From positions 76,023,373 to 76,063,224 of the forward strand of contig NC_068981.1 of the NCBI RefSeq assembly GCF_001194135.2: DNA of 39,852 nucleotides. The letters run 5' to 3'. Of the stretch, positions 26,851-38,100 are shown in pieces (position 1 is the first letter of the stretch; every line of letters starts with the position of its first letter). Both the position numbers and the translations under genes were made by a program. This DNA is from Octopus bimaculoides (taxonomy: Eukaryota). The notes beneath the pieces were generated by a model that worked only from the letters and a program-made list of their open reading frames with translations, was not told where the DNA came from and did no database searches.

Positions 26851-27438
26851 AGAAGAAACCACCATCATCATTCTACTTGAATTTATTCCTCTTCATCTCC
26901 CTCTTCTTGGAATCATTATTCGTTAAGCATATTTTATTACGTAATGTTCTTTAAAATTATCCAAACAATCTTTATATTAATATTGGTGATTATTTTTAAC
27001 GACGCCATCACGTATTATTATGCTATGTCGTGTTAATTTTATTTTCAAAATTAGTATGACTGATGTTGTTGTTGTAAGCTTTAAAACGCAGCTATTGGTG
27101 GCACTTCTGTTACTCTAATAGCGTAACATCGTCTATAGAAGAAATATTTTGATGACATGAAGTTCATAAATACCACAGGAATATCATACAAAATTTTGGC
27201 GTCAAAACACCTCATGAAACTATATTGAAATTCTATTTAATTCTAGTTCATATTATACTTTTAATTTAATTATTTCTTGCTCTCATAATCTTACTCACAG
27301 CTTGATAACATTCTTCTTTCTTTGTGTGATATTCTCATCACACAGTCCGATAGACACATGTATATACATACACATGCATACACAGGTACGCATAAACACA
27401 CATACACATACGTGTATGTGTGCATATATATATATATA

Positions 27439-28108
27439 NNNNNNNNNNNNNNNNNNNNNNNNNNNNNNNNNNNNNNNNNNNNNNNNNNNNNNNNNNNNNN
27501 NNNNNNNNNNNNNNNNNNNNNNNNNNNNNNNNNNNNNNNNNNNNNNNNNNNNNNNNNNNNNNNNNNNNNNNNNNNNNNNNNNNNNNNNNNNNNNNNNNNN
27601 NNNNNNNNNNNNNNNNNNNNNNNNNNNNNNNNNNNNNNNNNNNNNNNNNNNNNNNNNNNNNNNNNNNNNNNNNNNNNNNNNNNNNNNNNNNNNNNNNNNN
27701 NNNNNNNNNNNNNNNNNNNNNNNNNNNNNNNNNNNNNNNNNNNNNNNNNNNNNNNNNNNNNNNNNNNNNNNNNNNNNNNNNNNNNNNNNNNNNNNNNNNN
27801 NNNNNNNNNNNNNNNNNNNNNNNNNNNNNNNNNNNNNNNNNNNNNNNNNNNNNNNNNNNNNNNNNNNNNNNNNNNNNNNNNNNNNNNNNNNNNNNNNNNN
27901 NNNNNNNNNNNNNNNNNNNNNNNNNNNNNNNNNNNNNNNNNNNNNNNNNNNNNNNNNNNNNNNNNNNNNNNNNNNNNNNNNNNNNNNNNNNNNNNNNNNN
28001 NNNNNNNNNNNNNNNNNNNNNNNNNNNNNNNNNNNNNNNNNNNNNNNNNNNNNNNNNNNNNNNNNNNNNNNNNNNNNNNNNNNNNNNNNNNNNNNNNNNN
28101 NNNNNNNN
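27439..28108. other. Assembly gap (N run)
   Basis: N run preceded by (TA)n. Confidence 0.98.
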
Positions 28109-28127
28109 ATATATGGAGAACCAGAGA

Positions 28128-28138
28128 TAGATAGATAA

Positions 28139-28203
<65 letters not shown>

Positions 28204-28212
28204 CAGACAGAC
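28128..28212. repeat. (GATA)n microsatellite
   Basis: Visible tract. Confidence 0.95.
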
Positions 28213-28602
28213 AAGCAAATGTGCCAACGCATGAAACTTTCGGCCCTTGACTTCTTTTAAGCATTAATAAAAATATACTTTTACTCATATTTTGAATTTT
28301 ATTTTTCCTCCTTGCATCACCATATCTCTGAAAGATTTAAGGCATCTATCTCTCTATATTCGCATAAAGTAAAAATATTTAATTTGATAACTTAATATGG
28401 GGTAAGGATGAAATGAACCTTTATTAGTGCTCATGAAATGACTGTCCATACTTCACTTAAGTTTGAAAAGGAACGTGACTAATTTTACCCTTGTATCTAT
28501 TTACCAAGGAATCAATGTCCCACTTTTGCTATTCTCTCTCAATGTATCTCTCACTCCCTCTGTAAAAATTCTAGGATGTAATTTATATATATCTAATACA
28601 TA

Positions 28603-28803
28603 GCTACACGCGTTTCCATAAATCACATGATTTTAACATCGGAGTCCGTATTCTTGAGATGAGTACAGTATAGTCCGTAGTATCTGTGGGTATCCAGTTG
28701 ATCATCATCATTGATTCCTTTTATCAGGTGGACTATACTGTTCTCATCTCAAGGACGCGGAATCTGATGTTAAAGTCATCTGACTTGTAGAAAGGCGCGT
28801 AGC
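28603..28803. repeat. Degenerate long inverted repeat (74-bp arms, 53-nt spacer); foldback/MITE-like
   Basis: 28603-28676 aligns without gaps to the reverse complement of 28730-28803 with 13 mismatches by manual count. Confidence 0.85.
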
Positions 28804-29654
28804 GGTGTATTAAATATTTACAAATCCCATCATAGAATTATTGTTATTATAATATTTATCTTACATTATATCGGTATAGTCATTATGCAAGCTCCAAAAA
28901 GTTGACTCACTAGTCAGTATTATTAGACGATAGCCGACATAACGAAATAGGAACTTTATTTGCATACACATAACGTTTCCAAAACCGAATTTAAATGGTG
29001 TGTGTGTGTGTGTGCGTAAGTGTGTGCGTGCGTATGTATGTATATGTGTGTAATTGAACATATACGATGAGAAACTTATATTAATCTGTTCCTTATTTTT
29101 TCTAATATAACCCTCATTTATGACGCTGCATAGAGATGTATACCCACATCCATCGTCACAATGCATCATTATTATTCCACACTTTAAGCAGAAATGTGGT
29201 CCAGCAATTCCACACAAAAAGCGGAATGATTTCAAGTTTTTGTCTGCAAACATTTCACTGAATTTTACACGTTAAAATGTGAAATAAACATCTGAAGAGA
29301 ATACAACTGATTAGTGATACAGTAACTTCAGAGAGAAAGCATTTTGTTTTGCCAGTATACTTGAAATATATTCTCTTGAAAGATAATAATAATTCAATTG
29401 TATAATTTTAGCTTCGTTAGATTTCAATAATGTCATCTGAAAGGAAGTTGTCTGTACATATCAGTGACTTTGAAATCCCAAAGCACATAAAAATCAATTA
29501 TGACTTTACAATTAGTCACAGCACAATCTAATTTCAACTAGTTGAATTAAAGTAAAATTAGCAGTTTATTAAGTGTAGTGTCACTGCTACTTGAAGAAAT
29601 ACGAGGTACTTTATTTCTTTTAACAATTACTAAAACTTTTCTATATCATATACA

Positions 29655-29699
29655 TACGTGTGTGTGTGTGAGTGTGTATGTGTGTGTGAGTGAGTGTGT

Positions 29700-29783
<84 letters not shown>
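29655..29783. repeat. (TG)n microsatellite
   Basis: Visible tract. Confidence 0.95.
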
Positions 29784-29785
<2 letters not shown>

Positions 29786-31445
29786 ATCATAAGTAAATAT
29801 AATCGCATTTTCACTCCACCTCTGACGGCACTGTCATGATATCTCTTTGAAAATTTTCTACAATGTCTTCTATGGGTTATTGTATCTTGTATATAATTTC
29901 TTCTCAATTGTTGTTCTTGTATAAGACGTGCTAACCCCCGCTATCTATGCAAATGAAAGTAAGCGCTAACATTATGTAGCGAATTTTCGTTCATTCAATC
30001 CGATTATCACCCGGTTAAATAAGTAGTTAACTGACTTCTCCAAAGAGAATGCAAACTCCAAAGCTTCAGGTTACGAGATGCAAACGGTCTCCGATGTTTT
30101 AAACCTTGCTCTTCAGCGACCCATTTGAACACATACTTATGCATGAACTAAGAACCACTTGTCGAATATAACTATTGTTCATAAATGCATCCGCTATTTA
30201 AATATAAACTTAAAAAGCAAACACTAGTTACAACTCGTTATCTTATTCACTTTTGTCACATTGATATGGTATTATTTCTAGTCTGAATTAGCCCATATTT
30301 TTCTCGTAAAAGATGTCTTTTATTCAAGGAAATGGAAAATTATCTAAGCATGTTAACACGTACTAGACGATATCTATACCAATATGCATTATCTAAATAA
30401 GCATTGTGATGTGTTTCTTGAGATTTATTCATTTTGGACACGAGGCAAAGAAGCTCACAAACGACACAATGGGTTAATATCTCGAGAAACTTACAACTGT
30501 TTCACAGCTAGCAGCATCACTGAATAAATTTGCAAAATTAATATGTTGCGCAATTAATAATATTTGTATGGGCTACGTAACAAGGTGTGCTATGTTGCTA
30601 GGATATTCTAGGAATTATGCCTACACATAATTAAAGTTGAAATTAATCGAAATCTCTCGACGAGTCTCAACATTCCTTTTAGCAATGACGTTCAAGTATC
30701 AACAAATTTGAATTAATAATTAACTGAAACTAAGATAAAAAATAAAGATGGGTCCGTGCGAAATGTGAATGAAACAAAAGTGGAAAGCGGAAGAAGGTGG
30801 TGCTCAGCGTCCATATCTTCACGAAGTGAGAGGTAGTTGATTAAGTATATGTATCAACTGTTGCATATTTGCCTGTCAATGTGTATGTGAGAAGGTTACT
30901 TTAAATATATGAACAGGTACGTGTAACCTTGCGTGAAAGTTTATTGAGCTGTAATTGTAATTATGCACCTCCCATGTCATTGACAGAGGCAAATTGTGTA
31001 CCTGTGCACTTAATGTGTCCGTGTATGTGTTACGTATTTGAGTATTTAATGTGTGTTTGCCTAAGGCAAATGTCTGGTGTATATGGAAATATATGTGTCT
31101 GTGATTCTTTGTATGTATTTGTTGTGCTTCAGTATTTCATGTGTGAATGGCTTTAATGTAAATAAGGAGTATTCACATATATGGATATCTTTGTTGAAAT
31201 GTGATGGTTTATATGTATTCCATATGTGACATAGAATAGGTGCCGTGCCTGCGATCAGTTGTGCGCTAACTGTAATGAGTATCTAGATATTTATGTGTCT
31301 GTGAATGTTTAAGATTGCTTGCTTCGCTGCATCATATCCGAATGAGTGGTGTTTCAAAGATAAAACATGAAGTTGCGAACTTAAAACGTGTGGTTGAGAT
31401 ATAAGTCGTTGTTTTCATCAATGTTTTAGATCAGGGGAACGATTA

Positions 31446-31671
31446 GAAGGGGGTGCTGAAAAGTTCCAGGTTTTCGGTAAAAAAAAAAACAAAAAAAACA
31501 GCAAAGTCAGTTAATTATAATTATAAATTCAACACATACCCCTTCTAGATTCACACACTTATTTCAACAGTCCTTCAGTTTTTAAGCCCTGTAAAAGAAC
31601 TCGGAAGTTTGGGCATCCAACCAGGCTCTTCGTGATACCCTTAAAGCCAGGAACTTTTCAACACCCACTCG
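31446..31671 (-). mobile_element. Mariner-derived MITE (internal deletion derivative) with TA target-site duplication
   Basis: TIRs TA|GAAGGGGGTGCTGAAAAGTTCCAGGTTT and, on the minus strand, TA|CGAGTGGGTGTTGAAAAGTTCCTGGCTTT. The minus strand retains a remnant of the mariner transposase C-terminus (GL-KLKDC*NKCVNLEG, cf. GIxKLxxRWxKCVxxxGxYVE). Confidence 0.85.
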
Positions 31672-31689
31672 TATTAGGTAAGAAAACGG

Positions 31690-32330
31690 AGAGGACCGAA
31701 GTAGTATGATTTGATTAGTGGGTGATCGATGATGTGTTTGTCGCTAATTTGGGTGTACCAAAAGGTGCTTTGTGAATAACTCGGCTAAGCACCGGCTAGT
31801 TCGTTCAATGACTGCTGATACGCAGTTTATATTTTGGCAGTATATGAGCTCTATTAGGATGAAGGAGAAATGGGCTGATTCACGAGAGTGGTAATTATTA
31901 AACGTGATGACTTTGGCGACAAAATGATACAGGCTGGAATTGGACTGGATTTGGCAAGTAATTTAGTTGCTTGTCTTATGTTAAGAATATTTAGGGAGCA
32001 GCAAGCCACTCTGTTCCTGACACGTTCAAAGATGGTGGATGGGTAAATTGGGAAAGAAATGAAGGCTGTGAGGTTAGGATGGGAGGAGAAAATGTGTTGT
32101 AAGATATAGCGCTGGACCTTCAAGTTTGGAAACCATGAAGAATAGTAGAAAGGAAAAAGATTAGAATAAGTAAAGAGTAACAGTCGATTGGCGGAGCAAA
32201 CTGAAAAAGTATGGGCGCGCGTGAAGGCAGCTTAAACTAAGTTGCCATAAGTCCTCACAAAGGACTAATGGAGTCAATTAGGAGAAAGGATAAGGACATC
32301 TTGGAGAAAATCTTTGACAGGAGACATTGT
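31690..32330 (-). mobile_element. CR1/L2-group LINE, N-terminal part of the RT domain, degenerate
   Basis: The minus strand reads LNILNIRQATK..PIPACII..LSP..SRL..ISPSS, then in another frame RAHILPK and later ISDKH. This is collinear with LxxLxxxKAxGPDxIP...LSPxLxxLF...FPSSWKxAxIxPIPK...SDxQYGFR. Confidence 0.5.
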
Positions 32331-32510
32331 CATAAATATCACAAGATTTGGTTATATTGTGAAGAATAATATAAATAATATAAATATGTGTGTGTGTATG
32401 TTACCTCCTATAGATATACCTTCGATTCAACGAGAGAGTTTATATGTTCTATTCATTTACATTCATTCACGTGCGCTCATACACAATAAACATAGAAACA
32501 ATATTATCTC

Positions 32511-32746
32511 CAATTGCAGCGTGGAAGGTGTTTATAAGCCATTTAAAATAACACACAAAATCCGCTAGATTGACTTCAACATTTAAATTTAATTTGTCAA
32601 AATATTTTCGTCGCTGAGACCGCACAGAACTTTGTCAAAGAGACGAAAATATTTTGACAAATTAAATTTAAATGTTGAAGTGAATCTAGCGGGTTTTTTT
32701 GTGTGTTATTTTAAATGGCTTATAAACACCTTCCACGCTGCAATTG
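32511..32746. repeat. Near-perfect inverted repeat (102/105-bp arms, 29-nt spacer)
   Basis: 32511-32612 versus the reverse complement of 32642-32746 differ by 2 substitutions and a 3-nt indel in an A/T run. Confidence 0.95.
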
Positions 32747-34038
32747 TTTTCGTTCCAGCACACGATCTCAGATCAGGTCACTCGCTATGCAAGTACATCT
32801 CCGCAATATTATCTCCATTTGTCCGATGAAATTATATTAAGCGGATGAGTATTGCGTAGAAACACGCATACACTTAAAGTAATTTGCAAACAGAAGTAGC
32901 CGTGCGCAACAAGGTCAGACCTATGAATTGCAGATATACTCTATAAGATATGCTTCTGCAGAATCCTAAACTTCTGCTGACCCCAATCTGTAGGAATAGA
33001 CAGTAGACTCCGCTGATACCGATAGAGTTCGAATGCAGGATCTTGAGTTTAAGTAACAAACGTGTTATCAATTTAGATAAACGTGCGTCATATTCATATC
33101 TGATATGCTTCCGCAAATATATTTATTTGTATACAATGAAATCGGTTCAAATTGCAGATAATTTCCATTTTTATGCAAGGAACGCAAGCACATGTCTGCA
33201 TGTAATGTGTCTGCCTTTCTTATCAAAAAGCAATAAAGGGGCTATGAATTAAGTTCAAGGATATATAGCGAAGAGTATAATAAATATGAAATACTATTTT
33301 GTACTAAATCATAAAAAGCGCGTCTTCTTATTCGGTATCTAGATTATTTATCAGCGCACTTTGGAAACCATAATCGATATAGTTTCCTCGAAGTAGTTTA
33401 TACGGTAAATTTTATTGTAAGTCTTAAGCGAGAAATTTCCATAGTCATGTGCAGAAAATGCCCATTGTTTGTGTTATCCTTTTATATTTTCTTGTTCAAA
33501 TTGCTAAAAATACTTCAAGCAATAAACATTTTGTGAACGAATTTTGCTAGTCAAACCGCTAATATCAGATGAAATGACTTTGGCTCTACGTAGATAGCGA
33601 AATGGTATTGACTTAACCAACTATATTGCTTGTCTTGTGGAAATAAAATTTATGAGGAACATAAATATATGCATTAAATCATCTCTTTCAGTTGTCTGAC
33701 ATTTATCTCGACCCGACTTTTTTCCCTTTAGCTTAACTACTGATGTTATTCACCACCCTGTCACATTATTCGACATGATCTCTGTTCTAGCTGACACATA
33801 ATATTTTGACACGTTATATATTTATTCTGAGTTGAACATCGATTTTAAGTAATATGATATATTATTTTGAGCTTGTGTGACAGTATTTTTCCCGATTTTG
33901 AACTACAGTTTGCACTTCCATTTTGCAAGCTCCTGTTGCTAATGCACTCACAAGAGGAATATATTCAGTAATATATGCTTTTTGAAATAAAAATATAATC
34001 TTTGTAAAATAAAAATAAATTATATTTGCAACAATCGT

Positions 34039-34110
34039 CATATATAATTTCTTTAACTTGGAGCATATATAATTTCTTTAACTTGGAGCATATATAATTT
34101 CTTTAACTTG
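34039..34110. repeat. 25-bp tandem repeat, 2.9 perfect copies (CATATATAATTTCTTTAACTTGGAG)
   Basis: Copies at 34039-34063, 34064-34088 and a partial copy at 34089-34110. Confidence 0.95.
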
Positions 34111-35487
34111 AAAAGATGAAATAAGAGTTGTTTGCATTCTTCTTTTCCCAAGTGAACTACCCGCAGAAATAGAAAAACAATTAAATCTGAATAAGTTTAT
34201 AAGAGAAACGAAAATTATCATAGCTCTTTCAGTATTAATGATTTGTATTATGAGTAGCGATACAATGCTTGCCAATATATCAATTCTTGTATAACCGAAT
34301 GTACTTTAAAATATGAATGTTGTAGTTAAAATAAATATGTAACAAAGTTAAAGTCCGACAAAATTTTTGTCAAAATTTTGCCTTCGTTTGGAGTGGATTC
34401 ATTTGAAAATTTTGATATAAACTAAACTCGGGAAACACATACTCACCAACACCTATCAACCTTCTTAATTATTAAAAAAGACACAGAAACGTCACATACA
34501 TAACATATAACTCCTGCGTAAATGCTAGCGTCGCAAGTAAGTTCCACTCACTATTCACAAAGAATTTTGTGTATCGACGCATATCTCCTGCTACTATCTA
34601 ATAACGAAACAAAGGTGATACAACAAGCAAGTGCCTTAACAACAAACTCTTAGAGAAAGACATTGTATGCTGTGATGATCTCTCGCCTTGTAACATATAA
34701 TACTTTGGAAGGGTGTTACAGAGCAATCCTTCAATACACGTCGGCATCAGCCCTACATGTTCCATCATGATTACTCGTACAGACCGCGCTCTTTTCAAAA
34801 TATATTTATATAAGCAGACAAAGCGTTTTGTGAATGATTTTATATAATGCAGCGTCATTTACGAAACACTATGGCATCTATTTAAAGAAAAGTTGCGCAT
34901 TCGCCCCATTCTCACATTTGAAGAACCGAGTTATTTTCAATGTATCGACAAATACTGAAATTCTTCCACGTGAACTTCATTGATGCACTACAGATGCAGG
35001 CACATGACAGTAACGTGCAAGAATAAGTACAGTATATACTAACGACGTCATTTATATAGTGAGGACACAATTAGAGTTTAAAATTCAGCACCATTTTATT
35101 GGTGAATATTTAGTTTGTATCATGATTCAAATCTGCTGGTTTCAGTTGATTTTAAACAAACAGTTAGGCAGATAAGGGAATTTAAGTTGACCGGCTCACC
35201 GAGATACATGGGGATAACAAGTGAGGTTAGAGAGTAAGTGTAGAATTTATAAGTCTGCTTGTACAACACAAAGGAGCAAATTTGAAAGCATTAAATTTTT
35301 CACATCACTATCTCAATTATTTTATGTCCTTAGCTAGGATTGAAGCAGACGGTTATGTAATAAAGGAATAAGAAAGCAAGATAGAGTAAAGGAATATAAG
35401 AGCATTGTTGACGTCATGTCAGTACCCCAACTTTCCCGGCCTCCTACACTTTGAAAACACCTAGATTCTAACCAATTCTGCGACACA

Positions 35488-35488
<1 letters not shown>

Positions 35489-35551
<63 letters not shown>

Positions 35552-35581
35552 CATCCATCCATCCATCCATCCAACCGTCCG

Positions 35582-35627
<46 letters not shown>

Positions 35628-35628
35628 A

Positions 35629-35679
<51 letters not shown>

Positions 35680-35712
35680 CATTCATCCATCCATCCATCC
35701 ATCCATTCATCC
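35489..35712. repeat. Compound (TCTA)n/(TCCA)n/(TCTG)n microsatellite
   Basis: Visible tract. Confidence 0.95.
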
Positions 35713-36137
35713 TCGAGGGAACAAGCAGAAAAGAGAAAATAGCACTTAGCATATTTGGTTGGGATCATATGTATGCCATATTTTGACACGACTCCACATT
35801 ACATAGTTTAGTATATATCACTTAATCTAGTCACAGTATACATCCACACCAATAGATATTCGAAGACTGAGTAGTAAGATTTTACAAGAATTGTAAAACG
35901 TCTTCTATGTAAGAGGATATAGGCCTCGATTAGCCAGTTCAATTCGATAGTCAATCACTAATCTAGTAATTATAATGCACATTCTTATGCTACATATTTC
36001 CATTTCATTAGCCATATATAAATATTGATATGTGTACATTCTCATTTATTAGCTGTTAATCGATTATTCAATAATTTCTTCACTATAAATACAGTAGTAT
36101 TTATTATTAGCGAAATATGTAAGGAGATGTAAGATAC

Positions 36138-36142
<5 letters not shown>

Positions 36143-36230
<88 letters not shown>
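36143..36230. repeat. (TA)n(TG)n microsatellite
   Basis: Visible tract. Confidence 0.95.
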
Positions 36231-36234
<4 letters not shown>

Positions 36235-36813
36235 TTTATATGAGTAGTAACTCTCAATTCTAGAGTAGATACATTTATTCTCTGCATCCAAATAATTTAC
36301 ATTCAAACAAATGGCTGGCAGGCATATATTCCTCTTCCTGTTATACACAAAAGAACAAGGTGATGTTCAGAAATTGTAATAGACTTACTGAAAATAATTT
36401 TATCCGTCGATTATTTTATATCCCATTATCAATAAATCAATAAAAGCGCATGTGTCTATTCACATGGTTATTTTTGTTTAATAGAATAATTTCCATGTCC
36501 TTTTGGCATTATTTCCCCATATTTTATTTCGTCATATGTTGTTTATTTTCTGCTGTTCCTATTTCTAATTCTAAATCGAGCATCAATATAGAAATATTAA
36601 ACTGCAATCTGATGATAGTTTTTATTTATTATTTTATGAAATTACGTTGAAATAGCTCGATAATATTTTGATAATGTACATGAAAGACAAAACTCGGTCG
36701 CAAAATACTTGGATACACACTTTCCTGGAATATTTTACGCAATTCCTTCTAAAACTTAAGATGTGATTAGGAAATTCAGTTAAACGCCGGCACAGTTTCA
36801 GAGGTATTTATAC

Positions 36814-36814
<1 letters not shown>

Positions 36815-36880
<66 letters not shown>

Positions 36881-36990
36881 ACATACACACATATATATGT
36901 ATATATATACGTGTGTTTGTGTACACATATACGTGTGTATGCGTATGTACGTATAAATGCATACATAAACACACACACACACACACATTT
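36815..36990. repeat. (CA)n/(TA)n microsatellite
   Basis: Visible tract. Confidence 0.9.
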
Positions 36991-37019
36991 GTATATATAA
37001 ATGAGAGCGTAGACGAAAG

Positions 37020-37175
37020 TAATATCAAGGGGCCAGTTTTGTCACACTGAATCTCCCTCAGAACTACGTTAAGGGTATACGCGTCTGTGGACTGCTCAGC
37101 CACTCGCACGTCAATTTCACAAGCAAGCTCTTCTGTTGATCGGATCAACTGGAACCCTCGTTGTCGTAACCGACA
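37020..37175 (-). mobile_element. SINE-like interspersed repeat fragment
   Basis: The minus strand gacaacgagggttccagttgatccgatcaac...cccttaacgtagttct resembles a recalled abundant octopus repeat. It is a GC-richer island abutting a microsatellite. Confidence 0.45.
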
Positions 37176-37224
37176 GTGTGCCAGTTAACAAATATAGATA
37201 AGAGTTTCACTAAGCTCCATGCAA

Positions 37225-37270
37225 ATGAAAGTTACGTGAGTTCGTAGAACGAAATTTTCTCATCAGGATT
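37225..37270 (-). ncRNA. Degenerate hammerhead-like motif in the PLE 3' region
   Basis: CTGATGA (plus-strand tcatcag 37260-37266), then the hairpin TTCGT-TCT-ACGAA, then CTCAC-GTAAC. The outer stem II and the GAAA are damaged. Confidence 0.4.
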
Positions 37271-38000
37271 CAAGATGATCCAAGAGTAGAGGGATATGAA
37301 ACAAGCCGAAGCTGGCTTGTAGATGTTAGGTTTGTATCGGTCAACTCAGGTGACAGGGTGTTATTATTCTGAAAGCGACACCAGTTCTCTACTTTATTAT
37401 CAGGGCAAGGTACTCCGACAGGATCATTGTAGGTGACTGTCACCGCTATATCTGATAGATGCGGAATGTATTTAGTATTTAGCGACATCAGTTCATTACA
37501 TTTAATGCTGATGTATGATTTCTTGGAGGATTAAAAAACACTCTAGCGACAGCAGATTTGGATTTTAAATTAAAATTTTGGATTCTGAATTTTAATTTTT
37601 CATTGCCAGTGGGAAAAATATGAATGCTCGTGGGAAAAATACGAATGTACATTATTCCCTGCAGGTTTTTGAAATATGTGTAGTTTCTCGAGTAGGTAGA
37701 GTAGGACATTGCGAGTTCTGGGTGAGTAAGGCGGCGTGGGGTATTCTGTTCATAGAGTCTCCCAGTAAAGTAGAACAAAGAGTTGGAGAGGTCACTATCT
37801 CTACACTTGAAGGAGTGCATAAAAGCTGTGTATACCGTCTCTTGGAATCATTGGTTATCATTCCCGTGTAGTACCTTGTAATTCCATCAGGCCGTGTGAG
37901 GATAGCTGTGTATACCTGACAATCAAGAAATGCGGTATGATGTAGCTTTCAGACAAATATCCCCGCGTGAACTCTGTTGACTAATAAAGGCCTGAGACCG
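37225..38000 (-). mobile_element. 5'-truncated Penelope-like element: GIY-YIG endonuclease (frameshifted) plus 3' terminal region
   Basis: The minus strand reads VYTAILTRPDGITRYYTGMITNDSKRRY, frameshifts to MHSFKCRD..LSNSL..RLYEQNTP, and continues to LQGIMYI. This is collinear with the PLE endonuclease pattern VYxAxV...YxGxTxxxFKxRYxxHxxSF...LSxxIWxLKxxxxP...CLxExxxI. The frame ends at the stop near 37488. Confidence 0.7.
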
Positions 38001-38016
38001 AGGTGCCATCTTAAAT

Positions 38017-38100
38017 TTGTCTCATATCTCTTCATCCTTCTTTAGATGCCTGACGAAGTCGGTTCGTTCTACGAACTAACGAATCAAAATATTTGTGATG
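38017..38100 (+). ncRNA. Inverted partial PLE terminal repeat with degenerate hammerhead-like motif
   Basis: CTGACGA (38050-38056), stem II GTCGGTTCGT-TCT-ACGAACTAAC (38058-38080), GAAT in place of GAAA, and a stem III-like CAAA-ATA-TTTG. It is homologous to 37225-37303 on the opposite strand. Confidence 0.45.

Noticed and set aside
26557-26871. Poly-Pro/poly-Asn ORF
   Set aside because: It is simply the translation of (GGT/GGC)n and (ATT/GTT)n repeats.
34039-34110. CRISPR-like array interpretation of the tandem repeats here and elsewhere
   Set aside because: The repeats are head-to-tail without unique spacers, and the context is eukaryotic.
36798-37820. Minus-strand ORFs with a superficial cadherin-like look
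   Set aside because: No PxF/DxD/LDRE cadherin motifs. The pieces are explained by a SINE-like fragment, a PLE 3' region and a frameshifted PLE endonuclease.
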